From the NCBI GenBank assembly GCA_951406725.2, contig OX597815.1, forward strand, positions 193,192,001 through 193,256,000: a DNA stretch of 64,000 nt. The letters are read 5' to 3'. The notes under the pieces were generated by a model, which was not told where the DNA came from, made no database searches, and was given only the letters and a program-made list of their open reading frames with translations. A program made the position numbers and the translations under genes. Shown here piece after piece: positions 39,339 through 52,053 of the stretch (its first letter is position 1; every line of letters begins with the position of its first letter). This DNA is from Octopus vulgaris (Eukaryota).

Positions 39339-39369
39339 TATAAAGTTACAGCTAACATCACCCTCAGTT
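39339..39369 (+). promoter_or_regulatory. TATA box + initiator of dispanin gene B
   Basis: TATAAA at 39339-39344 and TCAGTT Inr at 39364-39369, with roughly canonical spacing, ~80 nt upstream of AAACATGG. Confidence 0.6.
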
Positions 39370-39443
39370 CACACAAAAAGGAATAACACTACTATTGCGA
39401 CTGTTTTATCGCTAGCTGCACAAAACAGCAGAGGTTCACAAAC

Positions 39444-39453
39444 ATGGCAGCCT
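39444..39453 (+). CDS. CD225/dispanin gene B, first coding exon (MAA+1 nt)
   Basis: AAAC-ATGGCAGCCT|gtgagt: strong start context and a phase-1 donor matching the phase-1 acceptor at 51732. Confidence 0.65.
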
Positions 39454-40027
39454 GTGAGTATATATATTAATGAATTTTTATAACTATATATTCATGAATT
39501 TTCGAAAATATATGTTAATAAATTTTCTTAAGTTCTCACTATATAACCGCTTCTATCAATTTTTTTAAAGCACACACCATTTATTGGCTTCATAAGATGT
39601 TTAATAAAATTCTAATTTTGCGTTGTCAGTTTACGGATGTTAATTAAAGACTAGTATAAAAATCCTTATAATATACGCTGGACGAATTGAATCCAACTTC
39701 GAGAAATATTCCTGGGTTTTACTAAAAACAGTTTTGAAAATCTACGTGCATATATGTGTGTGTGTATGTATGTGTTCAAATATTTCTCCTACTATGTATG
39801 TGCGTGTGCGCAGGAGTGTGGGTTGATAGACGAACAAAAGGAACACTTCATACGTAAAAAAACAAAACTTTATAGCTGTTAACTTACATTTAAACTACTT
39901 TATATACATACATGCACAGGCACACATATAAAGACACACACATACACACGCGCATACCACATATATATAGATCGTTAGCCAATACATATTCTTTATTTTC
40001 TCTCCTTGTTTCTTTCTGTGTTCCTTT

Positions 40028-40056
40028 CTGTGGAAGAGTGTAAGCTCGAAACGTTA
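40028..40056 (+). ncRNA. Degenerate minimal hammerhead-like motif in a Penelope-type repeat
   Basis: CTGTGGA-A-GAGT gtaa GCTC-GAAA-CG-TT. Core A6 is altered. Confidence 0.35.
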
Positions 40057-40160
40057 AAAACTGTTTCACTTCACGAGCGTTAAACTAATACATCTGTTTG
40101 TTGTCTACACCATTTGTCTTCGTCTTTTGTTTTCTGTGAATTCACCCCTATATGTATATA

Positions 40161-40217
<57 letters not shown>

Positions 40218-40527
40218 CTTACTACTTATATTAATTAAATTAAAATTCTTTTATATGGTGGGATGAAGGGACCTACTATCTCTAAATGAAAATATATATT
40301 TCCTCATTGAGAATAATTTGAACCCCTGTTATGCCGAAATTTTTAATCTCTAACAAATAAAATTAAACATATATATATATATCTTGGTATGTATGTATGT
40401 ATGTATGTATGTATGTATGTATGTATGTATGTATGTATGTATGTATGTATGTGTGATTGTATGTATGTATGTATGTATGTATGTATGTATGTTTGTATGT
40501 ATGTATGTATGTATGTATGTATGTATG

Positions 40528-40558
<31 letters not shown>

Positions 40559-40573
40559 CGATGTATATATGTG

Positions 40574-40636
<63 letters not shown>

Positions 40637-40995
40637 ACAAATATATAAACAAACATGATCGCAAAAGAAACATACTTTTGTATCTAAATACAAATAATAT
40701 ATTACTAATTAAGCTCTCAACATAATGAATTCACACCTGAGAACTAATATAATAACTTAGGAAGAAAACACATACACATATATTGCATAAAGATAAGACA
40801 AAGAAGAAATAGAATAACAATAAAGTATAAGGAATATACAAATAAAATAAAAGTAAGAAATAAGAAATAAAATGAATATATAAATAATGAGTAAAATGGA
40901 GTAAATATATAGTAAATCGAGGAGAAATGGGCAATGCCAAAATAATGTGTAGTAAATGTAAGGTAAATCACAAGAAAACAAATATGTGAATTAAA

Positions 40996-41050
40996 GTAGA
41001 TTTACATTGTATTCAATATTTCGGGGTTATGACCCCATTCTCAAGAAATT
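40996..41050 (-). ncRNA. Hammerhead-like motif (U3-A8 variant)
   Basis: TTGAGAA-T-GGGGT cata ACCCC-GAAA-TATTG aata CAATG-TA. Stem I is poor. Confidence 0.5.
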
Positions 41051-41121
41051 GACGAATGTTGCCGATGTACGTAATGCTTCATAGTAATTATAATATTATA
41101 TATATAATATATATTGCATTA

Positions 41122-41159
<38 letters not shown>

Positions 41160-41331
41160 GGTTTGAGATGATGTACAAGTATTATATATTAGAAGAAATC
41201 AAGGTACTCTGAAATCTGGATGGTTTAATATTTACAGATATTTATTAATATATCACATGTTTTTATAAATCATATATGTATAGCGCTTGCGTCCACTCTA
41301 GTGGGGTCTTCAGATTGAATTTTTTCAGGAG

Positions 41332-41372
<41 letters not shown>

Positions 41373-42188
41373 AACATTCAGACCCATATATGTATATAAG
41401 CACACAAATATACATGGATTTATTTCAGTCTATTTCACTTTCGTACTTGCTATTTTATTTTATTTTATTTCTCCTTGATTTACTCTATATTTATTCTATT
41501 TTACTTATTATTTATATTTTCATAATATTTTTTTATTTCTTACTTTTATTTTATTTGTATATTTTTTATACTTTATTGTTATTCTATTTCATTATAAACT
41601 TGTCTTTACTTTATTTCTGCTAAGGAACATATATACCAGTACAGATATATATTGATGTACATATCGACACACATACTTGTTGGGTGTGCGTATGTGTGTA
41701 TGTGTGCGAGGGTGTGTGTGTCTTTGTATGTGTCTATGAATTTATGTATGTCGACATAGGTATAAATTTTGCTTCTCTCCTACTTTATTTTACTCCGTGA
41801 ACAGAAATGTTGTTTTCATTTTTATTTAATCTTACTTTGTGATTTACTTTGCATTTACTTCACATTATATTAATTTAATCATATGTTATGTAATCAATCA
41901 TTCATATTCATATCACTTTTATTAAATTGAAATAAAAGGAATAATTTTACGCTTCAGTAGACGTACACACGCAGAGTAAATATTTTTATATATCCTATAT
42001 ATTCCGAAATCTTCCTTATGTTATCATTATTGTCGTCTGAAACCCTGACGATTTTCTTTCTAAGTTATTTAAAATGCAAAAGTAATTTTTTATATATAAT
42101 TTGTAATTTTAAACTTATTTGAGAAATGAAACAATTCTTGGTTATTATAACGTTTAATTGATAAATAAATTTTTATCCATTAGACGTC

Positions 42189-42278
<90 letters not shown>

Positions 42279-42289
42279 TAAATGAAAGA

Positions 42290-43230
42290 ATGGAGTCGAA
42301 CGAAGATGTTAACAAAATTCCTTTACTCTCGACATATGTTTCGAAGACCACATGGTTTCATTCCAAAGGAATAAAGGGTGTATGATGCCATCTTCTCATC
42401 AGGAAAAAAAGGGAGCCTCTCTCGGCAACAAGACAAACAAAAATTTCGATCACTGCCTACATGGTAAACCAAATGACAATAAGTGATGTTAAAAAAAAAC
42501 CGTTAGAAGAATTGACGTCAAAGTTAGATAGTAAGAAGAGAAGGGTTAAAGGAATGATAGGTAGGGAACCAGTGGATAGGGATTAAGACTGTTCAAAGGC
42601 TTAGGAAAGAATTTCACTATTGAAGTGGAGTGTATGTTAAGCTAATTGTTCAAAGCACGATGCCTATCGTAATCATTTGTAAGAGTAAAATGTATGTTTC
42701 TGCCATTGCTTACATTTATTGGATTTCTCTATGATTGTGTTTACAAGGGGAACCTTAGAGAAGAGGATATGGAAGAGCTCAGAGTTGCAAATGTTACAAA
42801 ATCTCCTGCCCTTATCAGAAGGAAAGGATACAGACAGTATGAACCAATCTAACTTGAAATCTATATTATTGTCTTTAAGACGCCAAACTAATTTACTTAG
42901 CCCTGTACTATGTCGTTTTTTACTATCCCTGAATGTTGAATAGTGGTTTGAAATTCTCTTCGATAACTGGGAAGAGGACACTCCTATATAGAAGAAGACA
43001 TCGGTACCAGAGGAGATTCTACACTGGTAAATAGAATTCTCGATCTTAGAATTACTGGACAAAAATTTAATTCTGTTGGGGTTGTCCTCCGAGATCGAAA
43101 CGAAGTTTTTATTGCTATGATTGTTGTTTCTATTATTATTAGCGCTAGCAGCTCCACTATTCGTATTATTGTTAGTATTATTAATGGTAATACAATCATT
43201 AATTTCTCCGTTATTGTTATCACTATCAAC
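42290..43230 (-). mobile_element. Penelope-like element 3' fragment (GIY-YIG endonuclease + pseudo-LTR)
   Basis: ORF 42673-43062: SIYQC.....FFYIG.S....KRISNH..TF......STGLSK..W.LK, CNICNSE. Downstream hammerhead. Confidence 0.85.
42326..42408 (-). ncRNA. Type I minimal hammerhead ribozyme of the Penelope-like element
   Basis: TTTTC-CTGATGA-GAAGA...TCTTC-GAAA-CATATG-TC-GAGAG. Canonical core, GUC site, palindromic stem III. Confidence 0.8.
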
Positions 43231-43289
43231 ATTTCACTGTGATAACAATAACGGAGAAATTAATAATATTCTTCATAATTACAACAATA

Positions 43290-43575
43290 CAAATTACATC
43301 GGTGGCAGAGCTATCCTGGCTCCAAAACATTTTCCTCTACATACCATTAATAATATACTATTGAATAAACTTCCAAAAGTCTTCAATCATAATTTAATTG
43401 AGAATGTTGTTGATGATCAGGATTAGTGTCAACTGCTCCATCGAAATATTTAACTCACTACAACCACCGGGTACAGTTCCTCATTGTCTTCAGTTGGAAA
43501 AAATGGATTCCTATTATGCCATTACATATTTTGTCTCAACCAAAATTATGCAATGGTACAAGATTAATTGTGCAC
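43290..43575 (+). mobile_element. Helitron PIF1-like helicase remnant
   Basis: RAILAPK...IN..LL..LP, E.FNSL.PPG..PH.L.L, PKLCNGTRLIV. Confidence 0.75.
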
Positions 43576-43849
43576 AAACGTCATTGACAGAAACATTCTT
43601 ACTGTTTGTACTAAAGGTTTCAATATCCCGATATATCTTTTAAAAAGCATTGCTCATAAAGAAAGATTCATTCTTAATGCAACATGAACGCTTCAATAAT
43701 TTCATTTACCAGTACTATCAATACATTCAAGAATGAGTAAATTATAAATATAATAATAATTTGAAAGTGAGTCCCAATAAACAGTAAAATAATCACCCGA
43801 TCAACGACGGGTACATAAATATATATATATATATATTGGGCACGTAACA

Positions 43850-44277
43850 AACACCATCCGAGCGTGGCCGTTCGCCAGCCTCGTCTGGCACCTGTGTCGG
43901 TGGCACATAAGAAAACACCATCCGAGCGTGGCCGTCTGCCAGCCTCGTCTGGCACCTGTGTCGGTGGCACATAAGAAAACACCATCCGAGCGTGGCCGTC
44001 TGCCAGCCTCGTCTGGCACCTGTGTCGGTGGCACATAAAAAAAAACCATCCGAGCGTGGCCGTCTGTCAGCCTCGTCTGGTACCTGTGTCGGTGGCACAT
44101 AAAATCACCCACTACACTCTCGGAGTGGTTGGCGTTAGGAAGGGCATCCAGCTGTAGAAACACTTCCAGATCTGACTGGCCTGGTGCAGCCTTCGGGCTT
44201 GCCAGACCCCAGTTGAACCGTCCAACCCATGCTAGCATGGAAAGCGGACGTTAAACGATGATGATGATGATGATGAT

Positions 44278-44280
<3 letters not shown>
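43850..44280 (+). repeat. 4 x 64-bp tandem repeat within a retroposon 3' region ending in (GAT)n
   Basis: Period of exactly 64 (TCCG at 43857, 43921, 43985, 44049), then TGGTTGGCGTTAGGAAGGGCATCC...GGACGTTAAACGATGATGAT. Confidence 0.8.
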
Positions 44281-44329
<49 letters not shown>

Positions 44330-44432
44330 TACATATACATATAGATACATATATAGATAGATAGATAGAGAGAGAGAGAGAGAAAGAGAGAGAAAGTGAG
44401 AAATGAATAGATATGTACACACACAAATTGTT

Positions 44433-47400
44433 GTAGATAGATATCTTGCAAACAACTTGCACATGCAAGTGCTACCAGTTAAAAGCTCCGTATATCGGAA
44501 GCTAGCAAGTGTATGGGGTCATCAGGAGAGAATGCGCGCCGTTTCGGGGCCTACCTCTCGACGGCATCAATGCGCACCGGCCCCCCTCACTGATATGAGG
44601 CCCCGCTGCTAGATCAGCTGGTTATAATGAACTCAATATACTTCTAGCCATCGCTCATCGTCTCTTTTTAACCAAATCCAGTGGCTAGCCTTCTCCACTG
44701 TAGATTGGATATCAGTCATGGTGGTATTGACTTTACGATGAGTTAGGCCTAACGATAACAACAGTCGTCTCACGCTGTGTCCTACAAACCCTCTACATCC
44801 GACTTCGATAGGAAAATGTTCCGCTTTCCAGCCTGCGTCTTCACATTCCTCGAGGAGGTTTTCATAACGGTTTAATTTTCGAGCTCTAGCGGCGTCCATA
44901 TTATCTTCGTGAGGAACCGTTAGCTCGACTATATTTACAACTTTCTTTCTTTCACACCACATCAAAACATCTGGCTTTTTCGAAACTGGGATGGGAAAGA
45001 AAACCTGGCACCCAGGCAAATCTGCAGTTACCTCCCAATAGTCGTTCCACTTTTCATTTTTCTCAGGAAGCTTCTTGGTCTTCTTGAAACGGATCCGCTG
45101 ACCTGGTCGCACGAAGGTAATGAACTCTCTTGATGGTACTTTTAACGATTTTTCCTCAGTGTTGTTGAGATGAATTTGGTTCTTTATAGCATTGAAGATA
45201 ACCTTAAGGACCAAGTTGTGCCTCCATGTGTACCTGTTCAATGCTAATGAACAGTTGGAAAGAATATGTTTTAGTGTACCGACTTTTCCACATATGCAGA
45301 TGTCATTCTCTAAGACGTTCCATCTTACTAGATTCGTAGGTGATGGCAAAACATCATAAGATGAACGAATCAGGAAACTCAGCCGAGATGTTGTCCACTT
45401 CCACATCTCATCCCAACTTATCTTCCCCTCAACAACATGTTCTTCCCATCTCGTCATCTGACCTTGATGAACACATCGGATCAAATGAAGCTCTCTTCTC
45501 TCTGCTTCTCTTGTTTTGACGCTGTTGCCAACAACAGATCTGCGTTCACACGGCATCATGCTTGCAAACGGTCTGAACTGATCCGCGCCAAAACCAAATC
45601 CTTTCCGATGGTTCTGCGTTGCTCCCACCATATCTCTGTGTATAAGAGAAGACAAGATGTTGTCAGTTTCTGCTTCTGCTTTCCACTTCCTGGCTGTTTT
45701 CACCTCTTGTGGGTTACGCCTGATTTCCATATCCTTCGATTCTCTCAGCATCATGACCGTCCGTATCTTCCCCAGCTTATATATTTCGACTATTGATGCT
45801 ATTGGTAACTGCAACGAACCTCTTTTACGATAAAGAGCTGAGCTGTTCAACATACGAGGTAGACCTAGCCACTTTCTAATGAACACATTACATTTTTGTT
45901 CAATCTTTTCAACTCGTGACAATGCTACTTCGTATATTAAAAGTGGCCACGCAAGTCGCGGGTACAAGCCGAACTGCAAGCACCAAATTTTATATTTATC
46001 TGGTAACTTCGAAACATCAATCGCTGATAACCCAGCCTCGGCCTGTTTCATAATTTCAATCCCACGACTTCTATCTGACAATGTTCCAGCGTATACTCGT
46101 CCCAAGCTCTTGACGGGCTCTTCCTTGACTGTTGGAATGCTTTCTTCCGATATTCGAAATTTAAATTCTTTCTGCACTCCCTTAACAAATGTCAGACTAC
46201 GCGACTTTTTTGCTCTAAATCGCATCCTTGACCACCTTACACGTTCGTCTAATCTCAAAAGGGCATTCTGCATGATTTGTTTATCTGTAGCTAGAAGTGT
46301 CACGTCATCCATGAAGGCTTTCTTAGGCGATTGTACATGGGCGATTTGTTCCGAAAAATCTACACCTTTCAAAATCAACTCCATGACTAAGATAAACCAC
46401 GTGACAGATATTGTACAGCCAGCAGCAATGCCAACCTCCAATCGGTGCCAATTTGTTGTAAAATTTCCAGTTGTAAACATCATTTCGAAACTTTCATAGT
46501 ACATCCTCATTATTTTGATCACTTTGTCAGGAATGTGGAAGTGGTCCATGGCTGTTATTAGTAATTTGTGTGGCACTGAACCATACGCGTTAGCTAGGTC
46601 GAGCCATACCACGTTCAGACTTTTCTTGTTCTGTTTGGCATCCTGGACCGCTTTCCAAATCGAAAAACAGTGTTCAATGCATCCAGGGATCCCGGGGATT
46701 CCGGCCTTTTGAACAGATTCATCAACATACCCGTTACTCTGTAAATATGTCACTGTTCTCCTCGACAGAATTCCCATAAAGATCTTGCCTTTCACATTCA
46801 ATAAGGATATCGGCCTAAACTGTTTTATGGTCTTTGCATTGGCCTCTTTCGGCAGGTATATACCTTCTGCCTTACATCAATCCTCTACTATAGTCTCCTC
46901 GCGCCACAGTTGTCGGATTAGGACGAAGAGCTTCTTTCGCAGACGATTGCAGTATTTGTAGACTTTATATGAGACGCCATCACCTCCTGGGGCACTCTTC
47001 GCTCTAGCTTTTCTTACGAAGTCATTCAACTCTCTCTCCCTGATGTCCCCAATCTGGAATTCGATATCAGGTCCTGAGAGCTGATTTAGCCCATGTAGAG
47101 GTGGCAGCGGCTGATTACGGTGCGGATCGCTGTAGGTTTCCTTGATATGAGCATCCAATTCTTCTTTAGTGCACGATAAAGTACCACTCTTCGGCTCAGT
47201 GAACAGCTTCTTAGTAAACCCGTACGGGTCCTTCAGAAACTGCCCCCGAGTCCTTTTACTTTCTTTTCGACGCTCATATCGGCGAATATGTCGTTGCACA
47301 TAACGACATTTCCTCTTCAAATCGTTATACAGCAACGCAAGGCCAGGTTTCTCATCTAGTGCAGCACATCTCCATCGCTTTCTTAAGTCGGACTTTTCCT

Positions 47401-48172
47401 TCCTCAACTGCTGCATTTTTCTGATCCTCCTGCTTGGTCCACACTTTCCTTTTTCTAGTCGGATATTCTCTTTTATTCCAAATAAATCTCTTCATATATC
47501 GTATATTGAGCTTGATAATTTTCCCAGTTTTTCCACTGTAGAGCCTGTCATTTTATAAAGAGTCCGACAAACCTTGTTATCAAACTCTTTATATTTCACT
47601 TTCTCATTAGCAGCAGGGCACAAAACCCTCGGTTTCCTCTGAGTATTATCCAATGCACCAGTTTCATGACTTGTAGTTTCTTCACGTGAAGAGTTCTCTG
47701 CTGTAGCATTTATCGATCCGCTGTGGTTTGAGTCCAGGGATGATTTGCCACGTGTTTTACGATCTGACGATCCACACTGCTCTGCCCTCTTCTTACAAGT
47801 CTTTCCCTGATGTATCTTCAAGCCTCTCTCAGTTGCAAAGGTTCTACAGCACAGCTTGCATCCAAAGTTGTTTGCATTTCGTCCGCTGTTCGAATGAATA
47901 GTCATGTTCGTTTCAAAGGTCGTTTCCGTGCTGACTGGGTTTGATTGATTCTCGACTCCCCCCTCTCGGTCAATCATGGGGCTGTCATTTCCTGTTATGT
48001 CTGTTACAATAAAATACAGAGGCGAGGATCGTAAGTCCGCAGCCTCCGCCAGTCTTTCCTGGTATCGATAGTCTTTCCTATTGTCCGCTGGTCTTTTCGA
48101 GCAGTCCTCTTGTCTTTCCAAGATGCCTAACCGTCTTTCCGGTTTGTCAGTGGTTACCTACCACAAGGTCTT
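44433..48172 (-). mobile_element. Near full-length Hero-clade RLE non-LTR retrotransposon
   Basis: N-terminal C2H2 (CKLCCRTFATERGLKIH). RT (QKAGIPGIPGCIEH, WLDLANAYGSVPH, AFMDD), CCHC-like CICG..HILSNC, RHN, PD..ELTVP RLE. Apparently one frameshift (~47430-47490) and one stop (46877). Confidence 0.9.
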
Positions 48173-49153
48173 AGATATCTTGCAAACAACTTGCACATGC
48201 AAGTGCTACCAGTTAAAAGCTCCGTATATCGGAAGCTAGCAAGTGTATGGGGTCATCAGGAGAGAATGCGCGCCGTTTCGGGGCCTACCTCTCGACGGCA
48301 TCAATGCGCACCGGCCCCCCCTCACTGATATGAGGCCCCGCTGCTAGATCAGCTGGTTATGATGAACTCAATATACTTCTAGCCATCGCTCATCGTCTCT
48401 TTTTAACCAAATCCAGTGGCTAGCCTTCTCCACTGTAGATTGGATATCAGTCATGGTGGTATTGACTTTACGATGAGTTAGGCCTAACGATAACAACAGT
48501 CGTCTCACGCTGTGTCCTACAAACCCTCTACATCCGACTTCGATAGGAAAATGTTCCGCTTTCCAGCCTGCGTCTTCACATTCCTCGAGGAGGTTTTCAT
48601 AACGGTTTAATTTTCGAGCTCGAGCGGCGTCCATATTATCTTCGTGAGGAACCGTTAGCTCGACTATATTTACAACTTTCTTTCTTTCACACCACATCAA
48701 AACATCTGGCTTTTTCGAAACTGGGATGGGAAAGAAAACCTGGCACCCAGGCAAATCTGCAGTTACCTCCCAATAGTCGTTCCACTTTTCATTTTTCTCA
48801 GGAAGCTTCTTGGTCTTCTTCTTGAAACGGATCCGCTGACCTGGTCGCACGAAGGTAATGAACTCTCTTGATGGTACTTTTAACGATTTTTCCTCAGTGT
48901 TGTTGAGATGAATTTGGTTCTTTATAGCATTGAAGATAACCTTAAGGACCAAGTTGTGCCTCCATGTGTACCTGTTCAATGCTAATGAACAGTTGGAAAG
49001 AATATGTTTTAGTGTACCGACTTTTCCACATATGCAGATGTCATTCTCTAAGACGTTCCATCTTACTAGATTCGTAGGTGATGGCAAAACATCATAAGAT
49101 GAACGAATCAGGAAACTCAGCCGAGATGTTGTCCACTTCCACATCTCATCCCA
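48173..49153 (-). mobile_element. 5'-truncated Hero copy, head-to-tail with the previous one
   Basis: Near-identical to 44437-45415, differing by a 3-nt indel and a few substitutions. Confidence 0.92.
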
Positions 49154-50940
49154 ACACACTTGCTAATGTGAGATACTTTTTGGAACAGTGGATCTCTGAA
49201 AATTATCACGTAAAGCTATATATTATAGCATGTGAATGTTTGGTTGAAAATTCCCCATGGATTGAAAAAGTTAATGGTCCCTATAAATGCTAGTGCCTTT
49301 GGAAGAGACTCGTATTCTACCACTAGCCCAAAGATATATATTAGCCAGATCTGACGGAGTAGTGTACGTTAGTGAGAAAAGGAAGCGTGGCAGTTGCAAG
49401 TAATGGCTTGACAGAGATATATTGGGCAAGAGGCCCAGGGTTTGCTTCTAGAACATTGATCTTACAATTCAAACCTTGATGTGCAGGGCTTATTTGAGCA
49501 CTGAGCATCTCCAATATATCTTAGTCGTTTGTCATCTCTGCAGGCTCAGCAATTTGAGATTGGTCTTCTCGCTCTTTGTTATATATCTTTCTTTTTTTTC
49601 AAATTCTTTATATTCAGGGACCACATCTTCTGCATTGCTGACTCAGTATTAATTTGCATTGCAGTTCATACAAAAGAATCATATAAGTTAACATAAGGGG
49701 CATCAGCCATCAGAATGTGGCTAGGGACAGGGCAGGGCGGTGTGGGTGTTACTGATGCATTTAGCCCCAGGCGATCATCAACGTCACCAGGAGGGCTGAC
49801 ACCATCTCGGTGTCCTGTCATCAAATATTTTTTTTTAAATGACAGCTAATGATCAAATTGAGTGAAAAATGTACAACTGATCCACAAGTATTTATAGGGA
49901 ACTTTCGGGTTCTAATACTCTCTCGAGTTTACTTCAATTGTTGATGTGTGAATTTTTAAAATAATGAGAACACTAAATTTGTATTATTAAAGATTTAATG
50001 TGTAAATTTATAATCAACTACTTTAACATAAAAAGACACTTATAAGCTGTTTCTTTGCAGTTCACTCAAACTGAAAATAAATAGCTAATTTTGCCTTTTA
50101 ATTAAAACTTTTATATAAACATACAAAAGGATATTTATTACCATTGAAAGTTTTAAATTCCAACTTCGACAGCAATATTTCAAGGATTTTATTATTATTA
50201 TTTTTATTTTTTCCTAAACTTTTCCGGTCTTAATTGTTGATTGTTTTCTACTTTTCTAGCATATATATTTCAGAGCATTCAAGCAATATGCACCTGCACT
50301 TTATTCCATTTCCTCTTGTCCTGTACTTCTCAACAAAGTATAGGCTCAATATTCTAGCAATTAATGGCTAAATATAAGAATAGATTTTTTGAGAATACTG
50401 CTTTATTTGTGATAACTCAAAGAAGATAGGCTTTTTCAGAAACTTGAATGTGTCTGCAAAGAACATATCTATGTATCTGCGTGACAATTTGTGAATGACT
50501 ACAATATTTCTTAGCCAGGATTGCCGACGACCTGCACCATTTTATATTAACGATATACTGTTAAATGAGGTCTATATATAGTAAGTTGTCTGTCTAAATG
50601 CATATGTTTATAGTGATTACATAAATTATTGGTCATTCAGATAACTGATAAATATCCAGCATCGTGATTAGTTACATCATTTGTAAAATAGTTTCTTTTT
50701 AGCAAAATGCAAAATTTCCGATGAGAAATGTGAAGTTGAGCATTTTACTACCGACATTGTAAATGATTTTAATTTTAAAAACTGTTCTTTCCTCATCCTA
50801 GAACAGTAAATAATTTTTTTTTTTAATACAAAGATGATAGCTGGATTAACTCCAGCTTTGCATGACTTCTGAAAGAAAGATTGTCGTTAGGCATTTGATA
50901 CTCGCAATGTGTTCTTCGTAACCTGGCAGAAGTAATTCTA

Positions 50941-51506
50941 TTGGGTTGTCCGGAAAGTTCGTGCCGATTTTTAAAGGAAAGAAAAAGGTCAATAAATACT
51001 TGCCATTACATTTTTAATCAACCAAATATGAACCATTTTGTTGCACAATGCGTCTCCATCTTTTTTTTAACTTGAAAATACTCTCTTCCCAGAATTAAGG
51101 GCGTTTCATTGCAAATAATTCATCAAGGTATCTTTTTGGGTCATCCAAGGAATTGAAATATTTACCATTAAGACTATTCTGCAGAGACCTGAATAAGTGG
51201 AAATCCGAAGGAGCAATATCAGGTGAATATGGAGGGTAGGGTAATATATCCTAGCTGAGCTGCAGCAATTTGTTTCTGGTTCCCAAAACCTCAAGTGCCG
51301 AAAATGAACTTTCTTATCTTCCAAATTAAAGGGTTACAGAATTAACACAGGTTATAGGAACATAAATCTTCTTCCATGAAAAGATAGCTTAAACTATGCT
51401 CTAAATAGAGGTGTAGTCAAATCCTGTTTTATAGACTCAACCATGTTCTAAAGTAAGTCGAAAGGTAAGCTACTATAAATCGGAACGAACTTTCCGGACA
51501 ACCCAA
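50941..51506 (-). mobile_element. Internally deleted mariner transposon
   Basis: 30-bp TIRs with 1 mismatch, TA duplications, and a PYSPDIAPSDFHLFRSLQN remnant. Confidence 0.92.
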
Positions 51507-51731
51507 TATTTTCATCCTATGTGCTTCAGCTATTAAAGAAGCAGAGAAGTGAAACCATAAAATTATGTAAATATCCTGCATTTTCGTTAATATAGTAATT
51601 ATGATACTATTTTGTTATATTTTCTGTAAAATTCTCACGATAAAATTAAAGTCATCAACCAGCATATAACATTTGTTGGGTAATTAAATTTATGAGGAAT
51701 GTAAACTTTGAAATATCGCTTGTTTTTACAG

Positions 51732-51988
51732 CTAACATAACGTCTGAGGTACCGAATTATGATCCACCAGAATATAGTGAAAAGCCTGGAGACACAACTG
51801 CGTTTGAGAATCCTTTAGCTTCTGGATATCCCGAACAACCACCACCCGGATATACATCACAACCTGGATATCCACCACCACCCGGATATCCACCACAATC
51901 TGGATATCCACCACAATACGGATATCCACCACAATACGGATATCCGTCACAACCACCAATTATGCAACAACAACAACAAACTGTTATT
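51732..51988 (+). CDS. CD225/dispanin gene B, exon 2 (Pro/Gly/Tyr-rich N-terminus)
   Basis: tttttacag|...|gtaagc, phase 1-0. NYDPPEY...(GYPPQ/P)n 18-bp repeats...MQQQQQTVI, typical of PRRT1-like dispanin N-termini. Confidence 0.88.
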
Positions 51989-52053
51989 GTAAGCAAATGT
52001 TATTTCTTTTCATTTTACCTCCTTACTATTCTACAACCATTTATCTTAAACAG

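Noticed and set aside
42044-42092. CTGACGA...GCAA hammerhead-like motif on +
   Set aside because: The stems are only weak A/T runs and the core is altered, so it is indistinguishable from chance.
43850-44105. Regular repeats resembling a CRISPR array
   Set aside because: Units are contiguous with no unique spacers, there are no cas genes, and the context is eukaryotic.
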